From positions 32,001 to 96,000 of the IMG/VR virus record IMGVR_UViG_3300042891_001512: 64,000 nucleotides of DNA. One strand, 5' to 3'. The stretch comes from a virus. Its lineage: Duplodnaviria > Caudoviricetes. Below, in pieces: positions 20,630-30,453 of the stretch (its first letter is position 1; every line of letters begins with the position of its first letter). The notes beneath the pieces were generated by a model. That model searched no databases, was not told the DNA's origin, and saw only the letters and a list, made by a program, of their open reading frames with translations. Position numbers and translations under genes: made by a program.

Positions 20630-20825
20630 ACAAATCAGTGAAGAATTAATACATGAATTTACGGAAACGATGGACGATGCTATCCCTGTTTATTCTGATG
20701 AAGATCAAAATATCATAATGCCAAATGGCGGGACAACAAGGGAGTATGTTTTGACTGAAGTATTTGCTGAAATGAATAAGTATGTGATACTCCCATTATC
20801 TCCATCTGTGGATGATCTAATATGA
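20619..20825 (+). CDS. Small acidic hypothetical protein
   Basis: 68 aa ORF coupled to both neighbours. Confidence 0.6.
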   Translation: MEPRQISEELIHEFTETMDDAIPVYSDEDQNIIMPNGGTTREYVLTEVFAEMNKYVILPLSPSVDDLI

Positions 20826-21121
20826 AAACCTACAATGCGGAAAAAGACTTAGAATATATTAATGAGCAATTATATTTATATTTATATATAATTGGTTTAA
20901 ATCCTAAAAATATTGACGAGTATTCAATAGACCAAATAATAAATTCTGCAAGAAATATATCAATAGCTCCTATAAGCGAAGTTGAGTCAGGCTCTATGGA
21001 TCTTTCAAATGATCCTCTTTATTTATTTTTAAAAAACCAAAGAATATCTTTAATTGGAAACATTAGAAGAATTTGGTACATGCGACAGTTAGCAATTGGA
21101 GCAATCAAAAATGCAGTATGA
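20822..21121 (+). CDS. Hypothetical protein (paralogue of 29126)
   Basis: Y...DLE...LYIIGL...IDQIIN...RR.W pattern shared with 29126. Confidence 0.6.
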   Translation: MKTYNAEKDLEYINEQLYLYLYIIGLNPKNIDEYSIDQIINSARNISIAPISEVESGSMDLSNDPLYLFLKNQRISLIGNIRRIWYMRQLAIGAIKNAV

Positions 21122-21809
21122 AGTAGATTATTTTGATAATTTAGTTAAATTAATAAAATACAATGATATCGAATCAGTTGAAGATTCTATATCAAAAAGT
21201 AAAATAATAAATGAATACTTAGAGGCTTTTTCTATAGATAAAAGAAAAATAGCTGCTGGTATGGATTTTATGATTTGGTATTTTGATGTCTTTAGTAAAG
21301 AAAGTCATTTTTGGAATGTCAATCCTGCCTACTTCTATGCGGCTAATACGCATGAATTTGGTTTTCTAACAGCTAATCCAAAAACTTCACTAATGACACT
21401 CCCGGCTTTTAATACTGGTTTAGCGAGATTAATGGAGAAGAAATCAAAGCTTTCTTTATTAAATAACTATCAGCTACATTTATTTGAGCACTATATAGGT
21501 GATGAACCGTGGTCTTACGACACTGTTACAATGCAGGATGTACAATCTGGCAATGGTGGCTACTATGATTTCATATGTATGAGCATTCATGACGTTATCC
21601 ATGATCCAGATTTAGTTATAGATTTTTTTAATTTATTAAACAAAAATGGAACAATGATGATGCTATATACTGGCACTGATCAGCTTTATAAAAATGGATC
21701 AATATATACTGATTTTTATGAAGTTCACAGAAATTTAATTAATATTAAAAATTCATGCGTTTATCATAACCCTACAGGAGCAGCTGTTACTTATGCAGTT
21801 AGTTTATAA
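21111..21809 (+). CDS. Degenerate SAM-methyltransferase-fold protein (paralogue of 29397)
   Basis: YDFI...LLNKNGTMMM resembles class I MTase motifs II-IV; no clear GxGxG. Confidence 0.4.
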   Translation: MQYEVDYFDNLVKLIKYNDIESVEDSISKSKIINEYLEAFSIDKRKIAAGMDFMIWYFDVFSKESHFWNVNPAYFYAANTHEFGFLTANPKTSLMTLPAFNTGLARLMEKKSKLSLLNNYQLHLFEHYIGDEPWSYDTVTMQDVQSGNGGYYDFICMSIHDVIHDPDLVIDFFNLLNKNGTMMMLYTGTDQLYKNGSIYTDFYEVHRNLINIKNSCVYHNPTGAAVTYAVSL

Positions 21810-21812
21810 AAG

Positions 21813-22490
21813 ATGATTATTATAGATGATTTCATAAAAGATAAAAATTTATTAGAAGAAATAGAGTTAACTCCAAATTTCTTTCCAGAATCAATGGGCG
21901 ACGAAGAAAAAATAGCTACAGTTCTAAATGGTTATCACGATGGACAATGTGATTGTTTTGCGCCGTATATGTTTTGGGATGGTTGGTTAAAATCTGAGGC
22001 AGATACTCCAAGAAAAAGATTAATTAAAAAAATATGGGAGAACAATCTTCCATTCCCAGTAGAAGACGTTTGCGGTTTTGAGTATTGGACTAGAACTTTT
22101 AAGCCTGGACAATTTCTTGATACTCACGTAGATGAAGATACATTTCTTTACGCAGATAAAAAAATATTTAGAGGACCAAGAATAGGTTGTGTATATTATC
22201 CGCACACCAATGATGTGGTTGGTGGATTTTTAGAGATGCATCCTACAGCTATTTCAGAAGATACAGCTAACGCTTTAGAGAAAGAAAATATAGATCATTT
22301 AATAGTTCCAGTAGAGTTAAGAGAGAGAATATCTTGTAAGCCAAATAGGCTAATAATTTTTGACGCTGGACATGTCATACATAACACGACTCCACCGATT
22401 AAAGGTGTTAGAAGAGTTGTGGTGGTAAATGTGTGGCATAAAGATAACCCACCATCAGCTTTAAAAACTGGTGAATTTTATTATGAATGA
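21813..22490 (+). CDS. 2OG-Fe(II) oxygenase
   Basis: IIIDDF, HVD, PNRLIIFD, H..T...R..V..N.W. Confidence 0.75.
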   Translation: MIIIDDFIKDKNLLEEIELTPNFFPESMGDEEKIATVLNGYHDGQCDCFAPYMFWDGWLKSEADTPRKRLIKKIWENNLPFPVEDVCGFEYWTRTFKPGQFLDTHVDEDTFLYADKKIFRGPRIGCVYYPHTNDVVGGFLEMHPTAISEDTANALEKENIDHLIVPVELRERISCKPNRLIIFDAGHVIHNTTPPIKGVRRVVVVNVWHKDNPPSALKTGEFYYE

Positions 22491-23079
22491 AAAAATTGAT
22501 TTATTTACATTAAGTATATGTAAAACTTTTTTACAAAACATTGACAATGATAAGTTGTTGAAGGAAATAGAAAAATTTGACACAACACCAAATGTAAAAG
22601 ATCCATCACCGGCTCATACTTTTTACGAAGATAAGCTTTATCCTTTTGGTCAACCAGAATCAATGAAGTTAATTGATGAAATAACTAATTCTGTCAATCA
22701 TTTTACTAACTTAGATATGGTTATGGATTCTATTTGGACTATAACTCTAGAAAAAGGCCAGTCTGTTTTAAGCCACACGCACAAGGTAAACACTCAGCTT
22801 TATCCAGAAGAATATTATTCTGTTTCATACTATGTAAGCGCACCAGAAGATAGCGCAGATTTAATATTTGTTACCACACACTGTAATACAATAGAGAGAG
22901 CAACTTCAGTTAAAACAGAGACAGGAATGTTGTTGATATTTAACTCTTACATTCCTCATATGACAAATAGGCAATATTCCGAAGAAAAAAGAGTTGTCGT
23001 AAGTGCAAACTTTAGTCCTAAAACACCGAACACTAACCCTACCGCAGATTGGTCGGAATATAGGGTGCCAAATAGGTAA
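22483..23079 (+). CDS. Putative 2OG-Fe(II) oxygenase (TIGR02466-like)
   Basis: W...HTH...SVSYYV...GMLLIFNSYIPH...RVVVSAN. Confidence 0.75.
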   Translation: MNEKIDLFTLSICKTFLQNIDNDKLLKEIEKFDTTPNVKDPSPAHTFYEDKLYPFGQPESMKLIDEITNSVNHFTNLDMVMDSIWTITLEKGQSVLSHTHKVNTQLYPEEYYSVSYYVSAPEDSADLIFVTTHCNTIERATSVKTETGMLLIFNSYIPHMTNRQYSEEKRVVVSANFSPKTPNTNPTADWSEYRVPNR

Positions 23080-23139
23080 AGAAATAAGTTTTTAAATACT
23101 ACTATTATTGTGGTATAATTATTATTTAGGGAGATTTTT

Positions 23140-24249
23140 ATGACTGTAACAAAAGAAACTTACAAAGAATTCATAGGCAATATAAAGATTAATGACATAG
23201 AGCCTATCATCAATGCCCCAGAAGTGGATTTTGCTGCGGTTGACCATGTTGTTAAAACTAATTTTGATATAATGTTTACTTGGGATTATTCTTTAGCTCG
23301 CACACAATTAAGAAAGCTTTACGAAAAAGCTAAAAATAATCAATGGAATGGAGAAACTGCATTAGACTGGTCTACTCCTGTTGATATAGAAAAGTCTGTA
23401 GCTGAGGACTATGCAAATTTTGGATCGACTAGAGAGATGTCAGTCTATGAGGGTAGCCCTATAGAAAATTGGGGCGATAAAGAATGGCTGCAATTTGGCT
23501 TAGAAAGCAGAAGGTGGATGATCTCACAGTTCATACACGGAGAGCAAGGTGCTCTGATTTGTTCTGCAAAACTAACACAAACATGTCCATGGTACGATGG
23601 CAAACTTTTTGCTGCAACACAAGTTGTAGATGAAGCTCGACATGTTGAAGTTTTTGCAAAGTATACTAATGAAAAATTGGGTGGAACACTTCCTTTTAAC
23701 TGGCATATCCAAGGCTTGGTTGACGATACTATTGCCGACAATCGTTGGGATATAACCTATCTAGGAATGCAGATTATGGTTGAGGGGCTCGGCCTTGCAT
23801 CGATGGCGTATATGCGTGAATTAACAAATGAACCGTTGTTGAAGCAATTGTTGCGTAATGTTATGGCTGACGAAGCGCGTCATGTTTCATTTGGTATTAT
23901 CTCACTCAAGGAGATCTATGCGGAAATGACCGATTCAGAGATTATGGAGCGTCAGCAGCTTGCCTATGAAGCTAGCATAAAGCTTGGGGAGCGAATGCTG
24001 CAACAAGAGGTATACGAAAAGATGGGTGTTAAGACAAAAGACATTGCCCCGTTCTTATTGAACGATCCAGCACAGGCTTGGATTAGAAAGATGCTTGCGG
24101 CTAAGATTGTCCCAAACCTTAGCAAGCTAGGGTTGCTAGATAGAAACGGTGCTTGGTTGCGTAGAAAATTTGAAGAAATGGGAACAATAGAATTTGAAAA
24201 CCTTGGAGATTCTGAAGAGGAGTTTTCAGCTTTTATACATAGTTACTAA
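23140..24249 (+). CDS. Ferritin-like diiron oxygenase (AurF-like)
   Basis: HGEQGAL, two DEARH motifs and VEG give the diiron ligand pattern. Confidence 0.8.
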   Translation: MTVTKETYKEFIGNIKINDIEPIINAPEVDFAAVDHVVKTNFDIMFTWDYSLARTQLRKLYEKAKNNQWNGETALDWSTPVDIEKSVAEDYANFGSTREMSVYEGSPIENWGDKEWLQFGLESRRWMISQFIHGEQGALICSAKLTQTCPWYDGKLFAATQVVDEARHVEVFAKYTNEKLGGTLPFNWHIQGLVDDTIADNRWDITYLGMQIMVEGLGLASMAYMRELTNEPLLKQLLRNVMADEARHVSFGIISLKEIYAEMTDSEIMERQQLAYEASIKLGERMLQQEVYEKMGVKTKDIAPFLLNDPAQAWIRKMLAAKIVPNLSKLGLLDRNGAWLRRKFEEMGTIEFENLGDSEEEFSAFIHSY

Positions 24250-24251
24250 TT

Positions 24252-24917
24252 ATGAAAACACCTAATGATTATAATGTAGATAGAGTTTATTCCTATGAAA
24301 GCTCTGAAGATCTAAAGAGATATTATAATGATTGGGCGGATGAATATGATAGTTATGCAAAAGACGTAAACTACATCTTGCCAGAAAAAGTATCCGAAGT
24401 ATTTTTTAAGTACGTTTCTAATAGTAATTATAGTGAAACAAAAAAAAATAGCATATTAGACATAGGTTGTGGTACCGGCTTATTGGGTGAGAGCTTGTCT
24501 TTTATTGATGATAATCTTTGGATTGAGGGCGTTGATATATCTTCTTCAATGATAAGGATAGCTTCTTTAAAGAGAAGAAAAAATTTTTTACCTGTATATG
24601 ATTGGATGATGGTAGACGATCTGACTAGCCCAAAGTTAATGCTAGAAAGTTATTATGATTACTTTATAAGTTCTGGAACATTTACTCTTGGTCATCTTGG
24701 TTCTAGTGATTTAATTAATTTATTAATTTATTTAAAATCACAAGGTATAGCAGTTATATCAATAAAAGAAGACCATTTTATTCATGATAACTTTAAAGAA
24801 ATTTTTGTAGAATTAGAAAAAAACAAAACAATACAAGATATAATGTATTACAAGGTGAACTCTTACGAATCAAATTTTAAAGCAGATTCAATAATTGTAA
24901 AGTTTAAAAAAGTTTAA
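24252..24917 (+). CDS. Class I SAM-dependent methyltransferase
   Basis: ILDIGCGTG, GVDISSSM. Confidence 0.85.
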   Translation: MKTPNDYNVDRVYSYESSEDLKRYYNDWADEYDSYAKDVNYILPEKVSEVFFKYVSNSNYSETKKNSILDIGCGTGLLGESLSFIDDNLWIEGVDISSSMIRIASLKRRKNFLPVYDWMMVDDLTSPKLMLESYYDYFISSGTFTLGHLGSSDLINLLIYLKSQGIAVISIKEDHFIHDNFKEIFVELEKNKTIQDIMYYKVNSYESNFKADSIIVKFKKV

Positions 24918-24921
24918 ACTA

Positions 24922-25818
24922 ATGAATAATTTAAATTTTTGTTTTAAAAATTTATCTTTTAATCAAATATTAGAAAATAAAAAATTTTATCAAAAAAAAC
25001 TAATTGATAATAAATTAGTTGGTTTTAAAAAAATAGAATTATCAGATAGTGAATATGAAAAAATTTGCACTGTTGTTTCGGGGGTTGACCAGTTGTATTG
25101 GTTAAAAAAAAAGAATCACTCCACTTTGTATCAGCCAGATAAAGAAACTCTTACGGAAAAAAGTATAAAAAATTTTAGAGATTGGTGTATGCATTTAGAC
25201 GTAACTCCAGTAATTGATGGCATGAATAATAACCTTGATAATTATGGGCATACATCTTATGTTTCAATGAATATGAAGACATTTAAGTGTAACAAAAAAT
25301 ATGGAAAAACTGTTTTTTTAGATTTAATAAAGTTAAACAATTCTTGTCCAGATTATTTTAAAGAAAAATTGTTAGAATCTAAATTAGAATATCACATAAG
25401 TAAAGCTAAAGATTTTAATATTGATGCACCAAAAAAGCCACCAGTTAACAGAGCAGACTATAATTCAGATCTAGAGGCAGAAATAGCCAACGCAAAGATT
25501 GATCCTCTTTCTGGAATCTTTTATCCATTTAGAACTCATCCTATAACAAAAGAAACAATTTTATTTTGGCCTACATATTTAAGCTCTCAATTAGTCGGCG
25601 GCTCTAAGCCTTGGTTTGAAGAATTTAAGTTATGGATAAAAAATTATCTTGACGAAAAAAACAATTGGGACGAATGGGAGTGGAGTAAAAACGATATTAT
25701 AATTTTCGACAACAGATGTATGCTTCACTCGTTTACTCCTGGCTGGAAGCCAAAAGAAAGAATTTTTGATCAAATTATTTTAGGTTCTAGTGTACAAATT
25801 TTTGAGGGTTTAAGATAG
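24922..25818 (+). CDS. TauD/TfdA-family dioxygenase
   Basis: HLD, RTHPIT, W..NDIIIFDNRCMLH. Confidence 0.8.
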   Translation: MNNLNFCFKNLSFNQILENKKFYQKKLIDNKLVGFKKIELSDSEYEKICTVVSGVDQLYWLKKKNHSTLYQPDKETLTEKSIKNFRDWCMHLDVTPVIDGMNNNLDNYGHTSYVSMNMKTFKCNKKYGKTVFLDLIKLNNSCPDYFKEKLLESKLEYHISKAKDFNIDAPKKPPVNRADYNSDLEAEIANAKIDPLSGIFYPFRTHPITKETILFWPTYLSSQLVGGSKPWFEEFKLWIKNYLDEKNNWDEWEWSKNDIIIFDNRCMLHSFTPGWKPKERIFDQIILGSSVQIFEGLR

Positions 25819-25819
25819 T

Positions 25820-26554
25820 ATGATACCAAAAATAATATGGCAAACTCATAGTTTCTTACTTGAGGATCTCCCCCTCTTTGCTAAGGGCCCCATGCTATCT
25901 TGGATTGAGCAGAATAAAGATTATACCCATAATTATGTAAACCATTTTGAAAGAGAATCTTTTATATATAATATTTTTGGAGAAGATTGGCTTAACTTCT
26001 ATAAGCAATGTCAGTCGCAAGTTTTTCAAGCTGACATGTGGAGAGTCTTATGTCTGTACGAACACGGTGGCATATACGCAGACATGGATACGATATGTCT
26101 GTCTGGTATAGATTCTTTTTTAGATTTAAATAAAGATTTTATTTGTGAAGCTGGTTTTCCAAAAACACATGGGTGGATAAATACTTCAATTTTTGCTAGC
26201 GAACCTAAAGGAAAGTTTATAACAAAATTAAAAGATCTTTTGTATAAAAGATGCAAAGAGAAGGATGGAGAACCAATAACGGTTGAAGATTGTGGACCGT
26301 TAGCATTTAGTGAAGCAATGGATAAATATATGGATGACGGATGCGACATGTCGGACATTAGTTTATGCGAGTTTAATTATCCAGTTAATAATAAAGAATC
26401 TGTTTTACAAATTTTTGGGTCGACTACTTGGAATGATGTTAAATGGGGTTTTGATTTTTCTTATTTAAATGAAATATATAGTTCAATTATAAAAGATTCA
26501 AAAACAGATATTAAAATTTATACCAAAACAGGTCATGGTGGCTGGAATGTTTGA
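25820..26554 (+). CDS. DXD glycosyltransferase (GT32/Och1-like)
   Basis: IPKIIWQT, ADMWR..LYEHGGIYADMD, GP. Confidence 0.85.
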   Translation: MIPKIIWQTHSFLLEDLPLFAKGPMLSWIEQNKDYTHNYVNHFERESFIYNIFGEDWLNFYKQCQSQVFQADMWRVLCLYEHGGIYADMDTICLSGIDSFLDLNKDFICEAGFPKTHGWINTSIFASEPKGKFITKLKDLLYKRCKEKDGEPITVEDCGPLAFSEAMDKYMDDGCDMSDISLCEFNYPVNNKESVLQIFGSTTWNDVKWGFDFSYLNEIYSSIIKDSKTDIKIYTKTGHGGWNV

Positions 26555-27557
26555 TGAAGATATTCTTAAAAAATTAAAAACAAATAAAATAACTAATTTA
26601 CAGATAGATCCTTTTGGCTATTGTAACGCAAAATGTTGGTTTTGCCCTGTGGCATATAGAAAAATGCCTGCGCGTACCGCAAAGCATATGAGTCCAGATT
26701 TATTTGAAAAAATAATTCAAAACATAGTGCATGAAAAAGAAAAACTTAATGGAATTGTTTCTACTAATTTTAATCATTTTTATACAGCACATTATAATGA
26801 AATCTTATTGTATAAATATTTAGAAGAAATGTTAAATACAGCTCAAAAATATAATCTAAAAACATCAATTTTATCTAATGGAACAAATTTTACTGAAAAA
26901 AAAATTGAAATATTAAAAAAATATGAAAACACAATAGCTGGCATTTATTTAAACATACCAGCTTTTGAAGAAAGCCTTTGGAAAGAAAGATCAGGAATAA
27001 AAAATAAATCATTTGAAGATTTAAGAAAAAATATTATTAATTTAATGAAAGTTTTTCCAGAAATGGTAAAGGAAAAAAAAATATGTGTTGGAGTTAATAT
27101 ACCCAATGAGCAGTCCGTAGACAGTTTATCGCTAGGAAAAAATGCACCTAGCATTGACATCTCGCAATATGGTGAATCTTTTAATCAAATAAAAATGGCT
27201 AAAAAAATGTTTGATGGTTTAACGGTTTATTCTTCTCCAAATTTAACTGATCGTTCTGGATTTTTATCTAAAGAAAAAATAATAGATAATAATAAACTTA
27301 TACAAATAAATAAATATTCAAAAAAAGAAGTTAAAGATTGTAACCTAGGAGAAGACGGAAGATTGTACGGTTGGGTGCATGTAAATTCGCTAGGAGAAAC
27401 ATTTATATGTTGTAACGATTATGACTATGAGTATGTTTTTGGTTCATTACAAAATAAAGAATTAAGTGAAATTTGGTTTAGCAAAGAACATATTGAAACA
27501 ATTAAAAGATCATTAGAAACAATGTGTAAAAAATGTTGCAACGCAGTGTGGGAGTGA
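26547..27557 (+). CDS. Radical SAM protein with SPASM/twitch domain
   Basis: CNAKCWFC (CxxxCxxC); C-terminal C...CCND...G.L....L.EIW...CKKC. Confidence 0.85.
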   Translation: MFDEDILKKLKTNKITNLQIDPFGYCNAKCWFCPVAYRKMPARTAKHMSPDLFEKIIQNIVHEKEKLNGIVSTNFNHFYTAHYNEILLYKYLEEMLNTAQKYNLKTSILSNGTNFTEKKIEILKKYENTIAGIYLNIPAFEESLWKERSGIKNKSFEDLRKNIINLMKVFPEMVKEKKICVGVNIPNEQSVDSLSLGKNAPSIDISQYGESFNQIKMAKKMFDGLTVYSSPNLTDRSGFLSKEKIIDNNKLIQINKYSKKEVKDCNLGEDGRLYGWVHVNSLGETFICCNDYDYEYVFGSLQNKELSEIWFSKEHIETIKRSLETMCKKCCNAVWE

Positions 27558-27563
27558 AAGTAT

Positions 27564-27932
27564 ATGGCTTATGAGATGATAGGCGAGAGTCCAACATCCG
27601 CAGTGGGGCTGTGTGTTAGATTAAATATTTGGAAATGGTATGAGTTTGTCAGAATGATTAGCTATTTTAATATAATCTCTGATTTAGAAATTTCGTCCTG
27701 GATGACAAATGATCAGGTTGAATTGTCCAGTGAGGAAGCAATATTATTATCGGAAAATATAAAATCAAATCTTGATAACTTTGATTATTTTATAAATGAA
27801 CTTTACAAAGAAGACATCCCCTATTCACACATGCCGTGGCACAGAGAAGTTTGTTGTCCAATTTTAAATGGATCTGACATCAAATATGTGCTATTATTTT
27901 TAGAATCATGTGGTGGGTTTAAGGTTAGATGA
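27564..27932 (+). CDS. Hypothetical protein
   Basis: 122 aa ORF in operon, ends FLESCGGFKVR. Confidence 0.6.
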   Translation: MAYEMIGESPTSAVGLCVRLNIWKWYEFVRMISYFNIISDLEISSWMTNDQVELSSEEAILLSENIKSNLDNFDYFINELYKEDIPYSHMPWHREVCCPILNGSDIKYVLLFLESCGGFKVR

Positions 27933-28693
27933 AGGTGGAAAGAATGTATAAGCCGAGAATAATTGTATTTACCGATTTTCTACCAAAGGAAGATTGGGAA
28001 GTTGTAGATAAGTATTGTAGAGATAATAAAGAAAAATTTCCATATGTCGGTTACGGTTCTCCGGTTAGATGGAAGATAGAGGAGCATTCTAAAAATCCAG
28101 ATATTAAATATATTCGTTCTTTTTTAATTTCAGAAGAAGAATACGATCTATACATGAAGGGTGAAATACCGGAGCCTTATCCAAACGATACAAAGCATGG
28201 CGACAACTATGTAATGTCGGTAGAAGAGATCCAAAAGGTTGAGGAAGAGCCACCTGTAACTGCACTCATGCACCATTCTAAATGGCCAAATAGCTTACTG
28301 CAAAATAAAACATTTGACATTATAAGCGGTTACCTGTCTGGTGTCGTAAGTATAGTAAAAGAAGTATATGGCGAAGATTGTTTCAGTGAAAGTGGCCCTT
28401 GGATAGCGGTAGCTAGAGAAGGTGGCTATATGAATATGCACTGTGACGGAACGTTTATACATAACAGGGACGCCATTACACAGTATTCTAGCGTGTATTA
28501 CATCAATGACGATTATGAGGGCGGCGAATTCAATATGCCGCTGATGGGCTTTAAGCTTAAACCTAAAGCAAATTCGCTTCTTATTTTTACCCATTCTTCC
28601 CATGAAGATATGGCGCATGAGGTAACACCAGTTTTATCTGGTGATCGTTTTGTTTCACAAGGATTTTTTGCCATTACAAAAACCAATAGCTGA
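27929..28693 (+). CDS. 2OG-Fe(II) oxygenase, prolyl-4-hydroxylase-like
   Basis: HCD...YINDDYEGGEF...HEVTPVLSGDR. Confidence 0.85.
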   Translation: MKVERMYKPRIIVFTDFLPKEDWEVVDKYCRDNKEKFPYVGYGSPVRWKIEEHSKNPDIKYIRSFLISEEEYDLYMKGEIPEPYPNDTKHGDNYVMSVEEIQKVEEEPPVTALMHHSKWPNSLLQNKTFDIISGYLSGVVSIVKEVYGEDCFSESGPWIAVAREGGYMNMHCDGTFIHNRDAITQYSSVYYINDDYEGGEFNMPLMGFKLKPKANSLLIFTHSSHEDMAHEVTPVLSGDRFVSQGFFAITKTNS

Positions 28694-28726
28694 TGTGGTA
28701 TAATTAAAAAGACAAAGGAGACAAGT

Positions 28727-28936
28727 ATGCAACTCAATAATTACGATTCACAAAAAGCTAAAGATCAAGCTAAATCTTTCTTGGAAAAATCAATACAGAC
28801 TTTAAGTTTGCTGCTGGATGTAAACTATGAAAATTTAAATAAAGATTCAAAAAATCCATTTAGCGAAAGCCTTCCTCAGCACAACGCATTTAATTGTCTT
28901 ATAGATGAGATAGTTTCTTATAGGAAAATAGTTTAA
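28727..28936 (+). CDS. Hypothetical protein (paralogue of 20471)
   Basis: AAGGAG RBS; TGGTATAAT at 28696; AKDQAKSFLEKSIQTLS. Confidence 0.65.
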   Translation: MQLNNYDSQKAKDQAKSFLEKSIQTLSLLLDVNYENLNKDSKNPFSESLPQHNAFNCLIDEIVSYRKIV

Positions 28937-28938
28937 TT

Positions 28939-29133
28939 ATGAGTAGTATAGGTGAGCCAAATAGTTTTGGAATGGAAACAAGACAAGGGGAATCTATAAC
29001 TGATACCCCAGACTGGGACAACGAAATTATAGAGTGGGACTCTGCGACTGGGATATATTATGTTGCCGGCAAACCGGTCAGCATGTGTCAAGGTGTTGCA
29101 ATGTTTAAGGAAGAAAAAAAAGAAGATGAATAA
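28939..29133 (+). CDS. Small acidic hypothetical protein
   Basis: 64 aa ORF coupled to neighbours. Confidence 0.6.
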   Translation: MSSIGEPNSFGMETRQGESITDTPDWDNEIIEWDSATGIYYVAGKPVSMCQGVAMFKEEKKEDE

Positions 29134-29407
29134 GTATAGGCCGCTAGAAGATCTGGAGCACCGTTCCCAACACTTGGCATCTTTTTTGTTTATTCTTGGA
29201 ATTGATGAAGATGATTTTGAATCTACCAAAATAGATGATGTTATAAATCTTATTAGGAATAGATACGTGTACAAACACAGCCATCCAGATTACAATATAG
29301 CGGTTCAAGAATACGTTAAAAAACAAAGTATTGTTTTAAATAGGGGAGTTAGAAGAGCTTGGTTTGATGTGCAAGTTGCTTCGTACGAGGTGCAAAATGT
29401 CGGGTGA
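29126..29407 (+). CDS. Hypothetical protein (paralogue of 20822)
   Basis: Likely start ATG 29126 (MNKYRPLEDLE). Confidence 0.6.
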   Translation: MNKYRPLEDLEHRSQHLASFLFILGIDEDDFESTKIDDVINLIRNRYVYKHSHPDYNIAVQEYVKKQSIVLNRGVRRAWFDVQVASYEVQNVG

Positions 29408-30137
29408 TAAAAAGTATGAACCACAGTTATCTTTTGATTTTACTAGCTGGGAATATGATTGGCGATCATATGCTAATGAGTCTACGAAAAAAGATGGACC
29501 AGAGTCAGTAGCAATTTCTGATTATTTATTTAATACAGTTGGTGTAGATAGAAGAAATATAGCTACTGGCGGGGCCAGTGATTATGAATTTGTTATACAT
29601 TACCCAAGACCAAATTTAGCTGACTCATACGGTCAATCTCAGTGGATGCCGATACTATTAATTCAGATGCTAATGGATATTAGTAGAGGCAAGAATATAC
29701 TGGCATTGTCGGGGGGGCTAGATAGATTTAGATTGAAGCCTTTTCAGGATATCTACGGGTCTAATATATATATGTTGAATAATAAAAAAACAGCAATGTA
29801 TGAAAAGTTCCAAAAAGAAAATACTCCAATAGAATATGATGTTGTTAGCCATCAGGATCTAGAAAAAGACAATTGCAATAATTATATGTTTGATATGATT
29901 GTGGGATGGTCACAGGACATGGAGAATCCCTTTGTGCCTGTACATTTTTATCTTGATAGATTAAATACAGGTGGGATTCTAGTGATCCAAAATTCATCAG
30001 ATAGCATTTTTCTTTACCAAAATGATACTCAGGCATCTCCTGTTTGGGAGTATCACAATGAGATAAAGTCAAGAAAAGACTGCAACATGTATCACATACC
30101 TTTGTTTTATGGGGTTACAGTTGTCATTAAACAATAA
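29397..30137 (+). CDS. Degenerate SAM-methyltransferase-fold protein (paralogue of 21111)
   Basis: GAGG RBS; FDMIV...LNTGGILVI; C-terminal YHIP..GVT. Confidence 0.45.
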   Translation: MSGDKKYEPQLSFDFTSWEYDWRSYANESTKKDGPESVAISDYLFNTVGVDRRNIATGGASDYEFVIHYPRPNLADSYGQSQWMPILLIQMLMDISRGKNILALSGGLDRFRLKPFQDIYGSNIYMLNNKKTAMYEKFQKENTPIEYDVVSHQDLEKDNCNNYMFDMIVGWSQDMENPFVPVHFYLDRLNTGGILVIQNSSDSIFLYQNDTQASPVWEYHNEIKSRKDCNMYHIPLFYGVTVVIKQ

Positions 30138-30156
30138 TAGGTGATATAATTGTTTT

Positions 30157-30453
30157 ATGATTACTAAATGGAAAGCAACAGTGGTTAATCCACTTGGAAC
30201 AGAAAAATACAGTGTAAACCTGGACAGTACGGATGACTTAGCCACCGCTACGGCGTCAAGCGAAAAGGGTACCGTTCAGTTTGTGCAAACACAAAGCCTA
30301 AGTCCTCTATTCGCCGCAAACATAGAAGCTCCAATGAAAACAAGATTAGAGCTAGAATTTAGCACCAATGATTTTACCTCAAAAGATATGTCAGCTGTTT
30401 TAAGGGTAGGAGATTTTTCTAGTATGAAAGTAGATTTGGTTAGATATGAATAA
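30157..30453 (+). CDS. Hypothetical protein
   Basis: 98 aa; TGATATAAT 6 nt before ATG (leaderless-type). Confidence 0.6.
   Translation: MITKWKATVVNPLGTEKYSVNLDSTDDLATATASSEKGTVQFVQTQSLSPLFAANIEAPMKTRLELEFSTNDFTSKDMSAVLRVGDFSSMKVDLVRYE

Noticed and set aside
29060-29125. In-frame CGG (AAC CGG TCA) in the listed ORF 29060-29407 as a counter-example
   Set aside because: It lies in a spurious N-terminal extension overlapping gene 28939-29133; the likely start is ATG 29126, supported by paralogue 20822.
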